Assembly: GCA_951406725.2 (NCBI GenBank)
Contig: OX597819.1
Location: forward strand, 101,184,001-101,248,000
DNA length: 64,000 bases
Origin: Octopus vulgaris
Lineage: Eukaryota
Direction: 5' to 3'
This document shows positions 52,749 through 64,000 of this stretch, in pieces; position 1 is the first letter of the stretch; the number at the start of each line of letters is the position of its first letter. A model generated the notes under the pieces. That model did no database searches and was not told the DNA's origin. It saw only the letters and a list, made by a program, of their open reading frames with translations. The translations under genes and the position numbers were made by a program.

Positions 52749-53071
52749 TGTCGATATCTGCACACACACACACACACACAGACGCACACACACACACACA
52801 CACTCACACACACACACACAAACATAGACACAGACACACACACCTACTGATTCGTGGGTGTGTGTAGATGTAACCGGTTGACAATGAAGGAGTAATGCCT
52901 GAAGAAATTTTTATTAACATGAAAACGCTGAACGATCTATTCAAAATTTTCTCATGCCTGCCTTTAAGACAAGGTTTATATACATGTCCATGGTGAAAAG
53001 ATCAAGATAAAATATCTTCCACAAATAGTCGACCGCATTCTTATATGTATATATACCACTTCACATTATAG

Positions 53072-53179
<108 letters not shown>

Positions 53180-53459
53180 TATACATAAAAACACACACAA
53201 CACACATATATGTGTATGCATGTATAAGTTAAATAAGCCTATAGTAATACCAGACACTCGGCTATTATATTATTAATACATAAGTGACGTGTGTTTGTAT
53301 CGTGTCATGATGGATGATCGTAGACTTTATCAATTAATATCTCTATTTCTATTTACAATTATGAAATATATATATCAGAAATATGTGGAAATGTATGTAC
53401 GTATGTTTGTAAGTATGTGTGAGTGCATACATATGTGTGTGAACATATATGTGTATATG

Positions 53460-53515
<56 letters not shown>

Positions 53516-53975
53516 CATATTCATGCACAAATATATTTATATATCTATATATATAATGTGTATATGTGTATATATACTAATATATAAGTACATATATAAG
53601 ATACAAATAGATAGAGAGAGAGAAAGTGAGAGAGAGCAAGGAAATAGGGAGAAATACATATTTGTAATAAATGCGGTTATCTCTAATTTTAAGAGAAAAA
53701 GATTTCCGATAGTAAAGACTTGATTAAATCGTATTTTAAAGTATTTTCACACTCCGTTTCTTTCCCATATGACTTTCTTCTCGTCAAATTTCGTTGTGTG
53801 TAATTTTCTTTTAATATAGTTCCAAGTTTGGGACAATATTTCTGAAATAGTTGTAATAATGTCTTGGTAAAGCTATAAGATTTCACTTCCCTTACAGAAC
53901 AGTCATACGTCGCTAAAATATTTGGCGAGTACATAATTTAGAAAAAACTCGATGGTGTGTAAGCTGAAGAGTAGT

Positions 53976-54291
53976 GGGCTACGGCACAGTGGTTAGAGCG
54001 TCGGGCTTACAAACATGAGGTTGTGAGTTTGATTCCCAGACCACGCTGTGTGTTCTGTTCTTGGATAAGACACTTTATTTCACGTTGTTCCAGTTCGCTC
54101 AGCTCTAGAAATGAATTGCTACGTCACTGATATCAAGCTGTATCGACTTTGCTTTTCCTTTGGATAACATCGGCAGCGTGAAATGGGAAAGCTGGCATGC
54201 ATGGATGACTGCTGGTCTTCAGTAAACAAATTTGTCCCGACTTGTGCCTCGGAGGGGAACTTTGTACATGCAATCCCATGGTTTTTCACGA
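53976..54291 (+). mobile_element. SINE family C
   Basis: A box cggcacagtggtt, B box gtttgattcc, colinear with 5754-6119. Confidence 0.82.
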
Positions 54292-54780
54292 TTAAAGTGG
54301 CTTTTTAAATTTTATAACCTGAAGAAATGGCAGCCTGTAAATCTACGCAGTTACATAAAGTCACCTTGTGAAAATGCGGACTTACATAATGTATTTGTAT
54401 TTGCAATCGGCAAGTTATGGAAACACGTCCTGTAACGCTTTACAAGTGCGTGATACATGTACGATATATAATGAAAAGCTTCGTTGATCGCATTTTTACC
54501 CCAATCTACCACGTGGTAGTTTATTGTGAAATATACAGAAAATGAGAAAATGCATAAAATGTATATATTGTTTGCGAGATAGAATAGTTAAGTATTCAAC
54601 CGGTTTCGCTCTTGCTAATCGCCATTAAGAAATTTCAATTTCAGGGTATCGTAAAAAGATTTTAGTTTTTGTTAGAAGCAGGGAAGCTAGTTTGTAAATA
54701 CGCTCACACATTATACATGTACGTATTCATATATATATGTGTGTGTATATATATGTGTGTATATATAGGTATATAAATGC

Positions 54781-54821
<41 letters not shown>

Positions 54822-54828
54822 CTATATA

Positions 54829-54905
<77 letters not shown>

Positions 54906-55659
54906 GGCCCAGACCCAAATATCAAGGGAAAAACGGTAAAACAAGTGACATTAACGGTATCTTACACATTTTATTGAATCTGTCCCAAAGTTATGAAAAT
55001 CCGTCTTCCTTTAAGTATATAAGCACATTTATGAAGTTTGCCGGTGCTCTTGAAGACGGATATGCAGAAAAGATTCAGAAAAGACATAAGATAATGTATA
55101 AACTATGTTAATTCTGAAGTAACACCGCATAAAACTGATACTGAAATAAAACAGAAAGCTTGAAATTTAATGGGAGAGATCTACTCAGTTGCAGAGATAC
55201 CAGTGCCCGACTAATGCTTATTTCGTCGACCTTAAAAGTACAAAAATGCAAACTCGATTTTGAGCTCAGAAAGTTAAGATAGACGAAATGTCATTTGCAT
55301 TTTGTCTGTTGTGCTAGCGAGCTAGCGATTCTGGTGGACCGCCATCTTCATTGACTCCAAAATAATACTCTACAAGGCTTTGTATAGATGAAAGGTATAT
55401 TATTGAACAGAGACACAGTGCAATGAAGAATCCAGATGACAAAGTTTCCTTATTATCACGATTAAATTGGTGAATGGGCAAACTTTTACTTCAAGCAGTC
55501 CGTAAGAGACGTACGTCATCAGATAGACCACATTACTAAAGAGATTCGATGACTAACCAAATTTATATATATATATTATTTATATTATTACATACATACA
55601 TACATGAACGCATAAGCTGATTCAAAGACTACAGCTGACTAACCAAATTTCTTAAGCTT

Positions 55660-55955
55660 AGTCTGGGGAATGAAACAATATAAGGAACCAAGCCAGCTAA
55701 ACCAAGGTGTGGCTAATAAGAAATGAACGGAAATGCTGTGCAAGAGTTCTACATATCCAGCAGGTGAGATATAATATGGGAGAGATAACAGACAGAAGCC
55801 AGAGTGGACATAAAGAACAATAGCGCAAAATCTATGCATCTGAGAACAATACAGGGAAAGTATAAGAATAGCTAGGCTGTTGTCGATGATAGATCTGGAT
55901 AGGAGCTGTTGGTGTGCACACTTCGAAGCCGCTAACGTCGCATATCTCAGGAGAA
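55660..55955 (+). pseudogene. Possible RTE-clade LINE C-terminal relic
   Basis: Fragments GEI.YGR...QK and AVVDDRSG...AV..HFEA resemble RTE YGEL..G.R..G.QK and A.DR..WR..G...FE; heavily decayed. Confidence 0.35.
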
Positions 55956-56109
55956 TAATGTCTTTGTTGTAGTAGTAGTAGTTGTTGTTGTTGTTGTAGT
56001 TGTAGTAGTAGAAGCAGCAGCAGCAATAGCAGCAGCAGTATCAGCAGTAGTAGTAGTGGATATACATTATCTTTATCCTTCACTTCTCTCTCATTGGACA
56101 CTTAAAAAG

Positions 56110-56408
56110 TTTTTGTGGAGCCAGTCGACTTCAGTATTTGCTGCCTTTTTACGGTTAGTACTTATTCTACCATTCCTTCTTCTGGCTAACTGCTAAGGCT
56201 ACAGGCTACAGGAACGTAAACAAACTAACATCAGTTTTCAAGAACAAGCACAAACACAATGACACACAAATTTCGCACACGTCAGACGCCCACACAGTTT
56301 CTATGTAGCAAATTCACTTACAGAATATTGGTATGCCCAGGTGTTCAAAAACCTTGCTCAAGTGCAGCCCAATGGGACCTAACCCGAAGCCACGTGGTTA
56401 TTAAGTGA
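56110..56408 (-). mobile_element. Very degenerate SINE family A
   Basis: cagtttctatgtagcaaattcact..cttgctcaag..gggacctaaccc..cacgtggtt. Confidence 0.5.
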
Positions 56409-56619
56409 GTGTTTTTTTTTAACTAAATAGCCAAAAGCCTATACCTGGTTGTATTCTTTACTACATAATGTTTACTTTCGTTTGGAATTAAGTTATCTTC
56501 TCTATATGTTAAAGACATACAAGTAGATATTTGTGCACATATGAGTGTAATTGAGCGCGAGTGTTTTCGTGTGTGTTTCTGTTTAAAAGTGTGTATACAG
56601 GTATGAGTATATTTTTTTA

Positions 56620-57498
56620 TATATCGGTCTATTTTTCTACTTATTTTAATCATTACTGTTCAGTAAAAATTTTAATAAATCAATCAATAATATTGTTTCC
56701 TTCACTGTTCACGATTTCTTTCCAGCTTTCCATTAGGTTATGAGTCCCTTGATGATAGATATCAGTGGGTTTTATGTCGAAAAACTCATTGCTTCTCTTA
56801 TTCATCTTCACATCGTTGTTAACCGAAACGTCTGGCAGAGTGCTAGAAAAGTGATAGTGATAATCTGAAGGCACTTTATAAGGAAACTACGCCGGGTGAA
56901 GTAAAACTTCTTTAACGAGCTCTTGAATAGCAATTTTGGTCAAATTATAGACGCGGAGCCACGTGTAGCAGATTTGAATCCGCACATCATATCGCTGGTC
57001 GTTTGGAACTCAGCCATCGAGTGAAGTTGATGAGTGAAAGTATTAGGAGTGCAGCCCATTTGCTGGACAAATTCCTTAGTTGATTGACGCTGACCCATGT
57101 GGATGCGCTCATTTAATCAAACTGCGCAGATTAACTGGGACGCGATGAAACCCTGAGGTCAAATCCATCCTCTTTGATGCGTGGAAAACATTTCTGTACA
57201 GTTCTCACCATAAACAGCACCTACTCCGTTCACAACCAATCTGCCGAGCGGGTTGGAAGCTTTGAAATGTTGATCGAAAGCGCAGGGAAGAATGATTTAA
57301 TGGTACTCCTTCCTTTCTTACTTGGTCTCTAAAGTCATGTCTGAAAAGGGGCAGAATTTTTGTCAAATTTCAGAAATGATAAAAGGAATTGAGCTAAAAA
57401 AAAACATATACAAGAGAATAGGACGATAAAAATATTTTTCGGGCTACTTCAAATATCACTGGAAAAAAAACGACGAACAAATTCGTGACAAACTAACC
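56620..57498 (-). mobile_element. Internally deleted mariner relic (second family)
   Basis: IQELVKEVLLHPA*FP.KVPSDYH...EFFD.KP...Y.QG...L.ESWKEIVNSEGNNIID*; upstream RQSTKE..QQMG HTH-like remnant. Confidence 0.75.
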
Positions 57499-57532
57499 TG
57501 TGGGTTTGTTTATGTATGTATATGCATGTTTG

Positions 57533-57635
<103 letters not shown>

Positions 57636-57658
57636 GTATATGTGTGTGTGTGTGTGTA

Positions 57659-57710
<52 letters not shown>

Positions 57711-57862
57711 CGATGAGTTTCTTTCAGTTTCCGTGTTTCCATCTACCAAATCCACTCACAAGAATTTAGTCGGCCCGAGTGTATAATAGAAGATACTTGC
57801 CCAAAATGTCACGTAGCGGGACTGAACCCGGAACCATGTGTTTGGGAAGCAAGTTTCACGCC
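57711..57862 (-). mobile_element. 5' half of SINE family A
   Basis: ctaccaaatccactcacaag...acttgcccaa...gggactgaacccggaaccatgtg. Confidence 0.85.
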
Positions 57863-58269
57863 AACGCTTATACACTCTCCCAACAACCAAACACACAGAA
57901 AACACGTACGTACGTATGCAGACACACACACACACAACCACAGACATATATAAATTACATGCATATTAAATGTATGTGTATACACAATCATAAATACATA
58001 TATGTATATATATAAATATATATATAAATATATATATATGGGTGTATGTATGTGTGTATATATATATACGTGAGCGCATGTGTGTATATATACGTATACT
58101 TATGTATGTTCGTGCGTATATATTCGTCTACGTTAGAAAGATAAAAAGTGATATTTCAGAAACACATATCGCTCAGAAATCGGTCAATGTGGAATATACA
58201 TTTGTGTTTGTTTGTGTGTCTATTCGTATTCTGTGTAAATATATATGTATAAGTATGTGGCCATCTATC

Positions 58270-58332
<63 letters not shown>

Positions 58333-59899
58333 ATATACATAAGCGGCATTTGTAATAAAAAAAAATAACTAAAAAAAAAGGCGAATAATAAAATCCATTA
58401 ATATAAAGTCTTTATAACAAGAAGAGAATACACCATTGATAATATAAATATGGCAATAAACACGCATGCGTATTTATCATAAGAGGTTTTGTTCGAAATT
58501 AAACATCTGCGTATTAACAAGACTTCTTTCATATGTTGCCGCTTATTGGCGACACCCACAGATCTTGTTATCATGGCAAGCCATCCTGGTTAAAATCAAG
58601 TAAATATTTACATATTTAGTAGCCCCCTATCAGTGTCTGCTGATAATATTTGATGGGTGTAATAGCGGGGAGGATGGTTGCCATATTTTTTCTTGGTGTA
58701 TTTTTTCTATCGTACCGTTTTTATTCATTTTTTCTTTATTTATTTTTCCTTCTTATTCTAAGTTTCTACCTACACCTCTTCTTCTTCTTCTTCTTCTTCT
58801 TCTTCCTCCTCCTCCTCCTCCTCCTCCTCCTCTTTCTCTTCTTTTTCTTCTTCTTCCTCTTCTTCCAGTACTTTTAATTCTCTTCTTACTCTTATACTTT
58901 TCTCTTCTTCGCATCTCCTCTTCCGCCTTCTCGTTTTAATCTTTGTATTCATCTTCTTTCCTGGTTTCTCTTCTTTTTGTCTTACTATTTTTCTTCTCTT
59001 TTTCTTCTCTTTCCTTTTCTTCTCCTCCCCTTCCTCCTTCTTCAGCCTCTTTCTCCGGAGTCATGAAATAATGTGCCACTCTAGAATTGTGGTCGATACT
59101 ATCGTCTAACCTCTCACCGCAAGATTTCTGGCCTTGTGCCTACATTAGAAATCATTATCATTGTTATAGTTGTTGTTGATATGTTGTTGTCACTATTGCT
59201 ATTGCGGCTTCTGTTGTTGTCGTAGTTCTTGTTGTGGTTGTTATTATTAATTTCTTCTGCTGCTGCTTCATTTCCACTTGTTTTTTCTATTTTTTTCCAT
59301 TGCCATCCCTATTATTATTGTCCGTGCCACTACCATTATCATTAGCACCAACGGAAATAGAAATATCAACAACAGCTACAGCCATTCCACCATAACTGTC
59401 TTTATAATCGTTGACAAAATTCTGCACTTTATAAGTTAATCAGGACAGAATCAGTAGACCTTATGAACCTAGCAGTAGTTTCTCTCACTTTGGTGAGATT
59501 GATGCGGTAAAAGTTCAGTCACAAAATTTACACCTCTGTGTACATCAATCGATAAAACATCTGTTTGGATTGAACAATACGTTTGTTCCGAACAGTGCCC
59601 AAAGGAGATTTGGGTGTGTTACACCGGTAAGCATTTTCTATCTTAGTACCCATATTATCATTCTCAACCATAACTCTATTTTTTTTTAATCATCTAATAA
59701 GGATACCCATATTATTTATTCTCTCAAAATAATTTTATACACCGATTTGAAAGCATTAAATGAAAGCTGTTTACCCATAGCTCATTGATTCTTCTGTCAG
59801 AGCTAATCATGGTGCTCCAAATGGTTTCAAGTCACCCGAAACTTCTATGGGAGGATGAGAGCCACTACGCACCCAACAGGTAAATGCTTTCATGTATTT

Positions 59900-60800
59900 A
59901 TTCTGTCAACAGTGTCTCTCGCCTATACTCTATGTTCGCTCCTACTATATATTACATTTTCCATATAACCACAATTGCTTATGCATACGTTGCGATATAT
60001 ACAATAGTTACACGGTCTGGACACCTGCTTCCAGTTAAATGTTGGTATTCATAGCCAGAGAAATTTCAGTAAACGAGTGTACCAACACATTTATAGCTTA
60101 TATATGCATGCACCATTAAGCAGTATAGATAGGCAATAGCTGGAATGTTCTGAGCATCGTCAATGTAATCAAATCTTTGGTCTCACTGTCAATAATTGGA
60201 AGACAGAATTGCATTACAAGAAAATAATTGTTGCGTAAAACCAACTAGTCATTGATATTCGTCGATGAAATTCTGCTAAAAGTAGAATGTTTTTTATTAT
60301 TCTTATTGATACGTTATAAAATGCTTCGACACCTATGGGGATGAGTTAGTGTGTCTCTCGGGAATCAGACAGGATTTTCGTAATCACTGATACCATCTGT
60401 GTCCCAGCTATAATATGTTCACTCACTATGAACATATTGTATGTTCATAATATGTTCACTCAAATTAAGTAGACGCCTGCAAGGTTGTTCCACCCCTGAA
60501 ATGATAAACAGAATACAAGCTTGAATGTATACTTCCTCACACAGTCAACTCACATCCAAGAAATATATCAGACGCTAGAATCGAACCCCGATTTATAATA
60601 TTTGGTATATGTCAATATGTGCCCAAAGCGACATGTTTGGATTTAAGAATATTACAACTCTAAAAACCTTATTGTGAATAGACGATCATTTTGAGAGAAG
60701 CAACAGTATGTTAATGGAAACTCCTAATTAAAGAACATTTCAAATGGATCGGTCATGACAGACTTGAGATTTCTTTCTGGAAGTCCTAATTGTTTCTTAA
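59900..60800 (+). pseudogene. Decayed RTE-clade LINE RT/thumb relic
   Basis: Ordered remnants CLSPILY (~59915), FGLTVNNWKTEL (60176-60211) and FKWIGH (~60740), as in RTE LAP.LF, FGL.I...KTE, LRW.GH. Confidence 0.45.
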
Positions 60801-61654
60801 TTTATAAACCTACCCTTGCTCTACTTCTGGAAGGCTAGAAAAGAAGACTTGATTCACACGCTAATGACATCAAAAATATTGGATATACTTTTCAATCTTA
60901 TGAGATGATTTTTGTTGCAATATATACACAGAGTTTAAGAAATGAATCCAAAATATTCATGGAAATGTAATTCAGGAAAATCTGTCCTTCAGTAAATCCT
61001 TACCTTGTTGTCATATGATCAGTCATACCAAATGCGCTATCCAATCTCCTCTCATGTAGTAGAGTATATTAAGCAATGCGTCCTTCCTTCTATTATGTTG
61101 TAATTTGCGTGACATTTGCTTGTTATTTTTAGTGTGTTGCATGACCGCATAAAGTTTCCCTCATTCTGTGCAAAAATCTATCCTTGTTACTTGCCGAGCG
61201 CGAATTCAAAATCCCGTCTAGAGAGACTCTATAGTGACGCGGCACCTACACAATGGACAAAGGAAGACAAGGATTACGTCGAAAGTCAAAGATTGTGCAA
61301 CCTTATTTAAGTATCCAAACGTGATGATTTTGACGATGATGATGAAGCTTCTTTGTCATAATCACAGCACAAATCTGTATCGCTTGGGTGATTGTGTGAA
61401 CTACTGATTGCACACAGATCGAATTCACTGGCTTTTTGTCAATACGTATTTAAATTGTCCTACACTCTATTAGCAAGTGCTCTAGTTTCTGCCGCATCTA
61501 CGAATAAGTGAATATACCAGCATACATGCATACATGCATACACACAAGCACATATGTACATGTCTGTGTGTGTGTATGTATGTATATATGTGTGCATGCA
61601 TGCATATATGTAGGTATGTATGTATATACATACACACATATACACATGCATATA

Positions 61655-62202
61655 TATATTAGGGGCATTACTATACTTAAATGCTTCACGCTAGAGGGAC
61701 TCTTAAAGTCAAAAACTACCATGATAAACACATTGTTCCGAAAGCGAGTGAATTGAACTCTCGAAGCGACCCTTTTAAAAGAAGATTCAGTTGCAGATCA
61801 TATGATTTCATAATTAGTGCACGTAATGCACTTTTTAAACTTCAGTGCAAGCATAATCAAAATATATAATAATGAGCAAAGCGTTCACATACCAGACGAA
61901 CACCACAAATATCCAGCATAGTACATATAATTACTCACACTTATATATCTCTTAAATAGATACAAGTGTTAATGTTTTGTTCATTTTTATATGTATTGAG
62001 TATGCTTGCACTGAAGATTAAAAAATGCATTATGTGCACTAATTACGAAGTCATATGATCTGCAACTGAATCTGTTTTTAAAAGGCTCGCTTCGAGAGTT
62101 GCATTCCCTCTCGTTCGGGCGGAAGTGTTTATTATGGTGGTTTTTGATTTTAAGAGTCCCTCCTAACGTGAGGCATTTGTGTATAGTAATTTCCTTAATA
62201 TA
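61655..62202. repeat. Fold-back: ~235-bp inverted arms (61655-61889 / 61967-62202), 77-bp spacer
   Basis: For example gagggactcttaaa/tttaagagtccctc and agattcagttgcagatcatatga/tcatatgatctgcaactgaatct. Confidence 0.92.
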
Positions 62203-62298
62203 AATATATTTAAAGGGAATAATTAATAAACTGTTCCCTTATGAGGTTTTTCACGCTAACTACTTAATAAATTCATATAATGATTCTATCCTATTTTA

Positions 62299-62597
62299 GT
62301 GTGGTAAGTAGCTTGCTAACCAACCACATGGTTCCGGGTTCAGTCCCACTGAGTGGCATCTTGGGCAAGTGTCTTCTGCTATAACCCCGGGCCGACCAAT
62401 GCCTTGTGAGTGGTTTTGTTAGACGGAAACTAAAAGAAGCCTGTCGTATATATGTATATATATATATGTATGTGTGTCTGTATTTGTCCCCCTAGCATTG
62501 CTTGACAACCGATGCTGGTGTGTTTACGTCGATTTGCTCGACTATAGGCTGTGCTCCAGCATGGCCGCAATTAAATGACTGAAACAAGTAAAAGAGT
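62299..62597 (+). mobile_element. SINE family A with internal deletion
   Basis: Near-identical to 6427-6795; deletion joins tttacgtc to gatttgctcgac. Confidence 0.88.
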
Positions 62598-63090
62598 TAA
62601 TGAGTATATATATATAAACATATATACATATACACTTATGCATATACACATATATATAAACATATGTATACAAGCATCTACATATATGTATGTTTGTGTA
62701 TCTGTGTGTGGTGTGTGTGTTTATTTGTGTGTGTGTGTCCATGCGTGCTTGCCTGCGTATGTATGTGTTTCCAGGCTTCACATTTATTTGCCCATTCCTC
62801 ACCATTACTCTACTACTCACCATTTCTACCTTGAACTAGTCGCCTATCACGTGGGCGTTCCCGCATCAAGTTCTGTATCAGTACATCAGATGGCAACTGG
62901 CATGGTATGACATTAACGGGTTCTCTGCCTAAACTGAAGAATGTTACATCTATTTCTTCTTTGTTTCCTATCTCTCTGGTACAGAAATGCCAGATTCTTT
63001 AGTTGGTATTGGCAGATGGATGAGTGAAAGGACCTGATATATGTGGCATGTAATAAAATGTTTCTGCGTCAGTGTATATCTGTGAGTATA

Positions 63091-63159
<69 letters not shown>

Positions 63160-63413
63160 ATGTGTGTGTGTGTCTGTGCCAAAGAGTATTGTGACGGCGA
63201 ATAAACAAGGAGACAATATGAGAGTTGCCTGTAGTTTTATATTTATGTATATGTATTTATGTATTTATGCATGTAGGTATATGTGTGTGTATATGTGTGT
63301 GTAGATATAAGTGTGTGTAGATATAAGTGTGTGTGTATATGTATATATATATATACATACATGTACATATACACATACACACGGACAACACATCCACAAA
63401 CACACATATTTTG

Positions 63414-63444
<31 letters not shown>

Positions 63445-63473
63445 GTGTATATATATATGCAGACATACTCATG

Positions 63474-63529
<56 letters not shown>

Positions 63530-63548
63530 CAGACATACTCATGTATGT

Positions 63549-63614
<66 letters not shown>

Positions 63615-64000
63615 TTATATAGAGTGAGATAGAATGAGAGAAAGTGAGGGAAAGAGAGAGAGCGAAAGAGAGAGAGAGAGAAGAGAGAGAGAGAGTGTGT
63701 CAGGCAGACAAAAGCATAGATTTTGTCTTGGAAAGTGATAAAGGTGAGCACGACTTTGACAGCCTCCAATTAGGGGAAATTGCATCTCTCGTTTTGGTGA
63801 GTCACTGTTGCGATGATGGTCGCATCGCTCCGACATATATTCTGTTTTCAACATAACATGCCTATGAAGATAATTTCTTTCGGACAAAATCCACAGCATT
63901 ATTGCTGTCAAAGCTCTATATACCTTTATTATGATACACAGATGGCAAATTCAATTAAATGCCGTTTAATTTGTGTCCATTTAAGTTTTTCACAGCCCGG

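Noticed and set aside
55045-55092. Hammerhead-like ttgaaga-cggat...attca-gaaa
   Set aside because: Core, helix II closing pair and helices I/III are all defective; too weak to support.

Overview
AT-rich eukaryotic (animal) non-coding DNA saturated with microsatellites. The repeat landscape strongly suggests an octopus/coleoid cephalopod genome, which is my inference from recalled SINE types and not a database result. I could not recognise any host protein-coding exon, tRNA, rRNA or CRISPR array, and nearly all ORFs in the track are simple-repeat artefacts. The supportable content is mobile DNA. (1) A young, 5'-truncated CR1-clade LINE with an uninterrupted APE+RT frame (48536-51373, minus), inserted in (TA)n, plus older relics. 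(2) At least three families of R4/Dong-type RLE retrotransposon fragments and a ~545-bp non-coding partner-like element, stacked in (TAA)n tracts with consistent strand polarity. (3) Three tRNA-derived SINE families (working names A, B, C) in about 18 copies. (4) Mariner relics and a mariner MITE, plus RTE-like and possible Harbinger-like relics. (5) Three long fold-back palindromes and two degenerate minimal hammerhead-ribozyme motifs (Penelope-like) next to (TA)n tracts. The most notable observation is that the 3' end of SINE-A matches the CR1 LINE 3'UTR, including a stem-loop with compensatory base changes, which points to a LINE-SINE partnership. All alignments and counts were done by eye, and the boundaries of degenerate relics are approximate.
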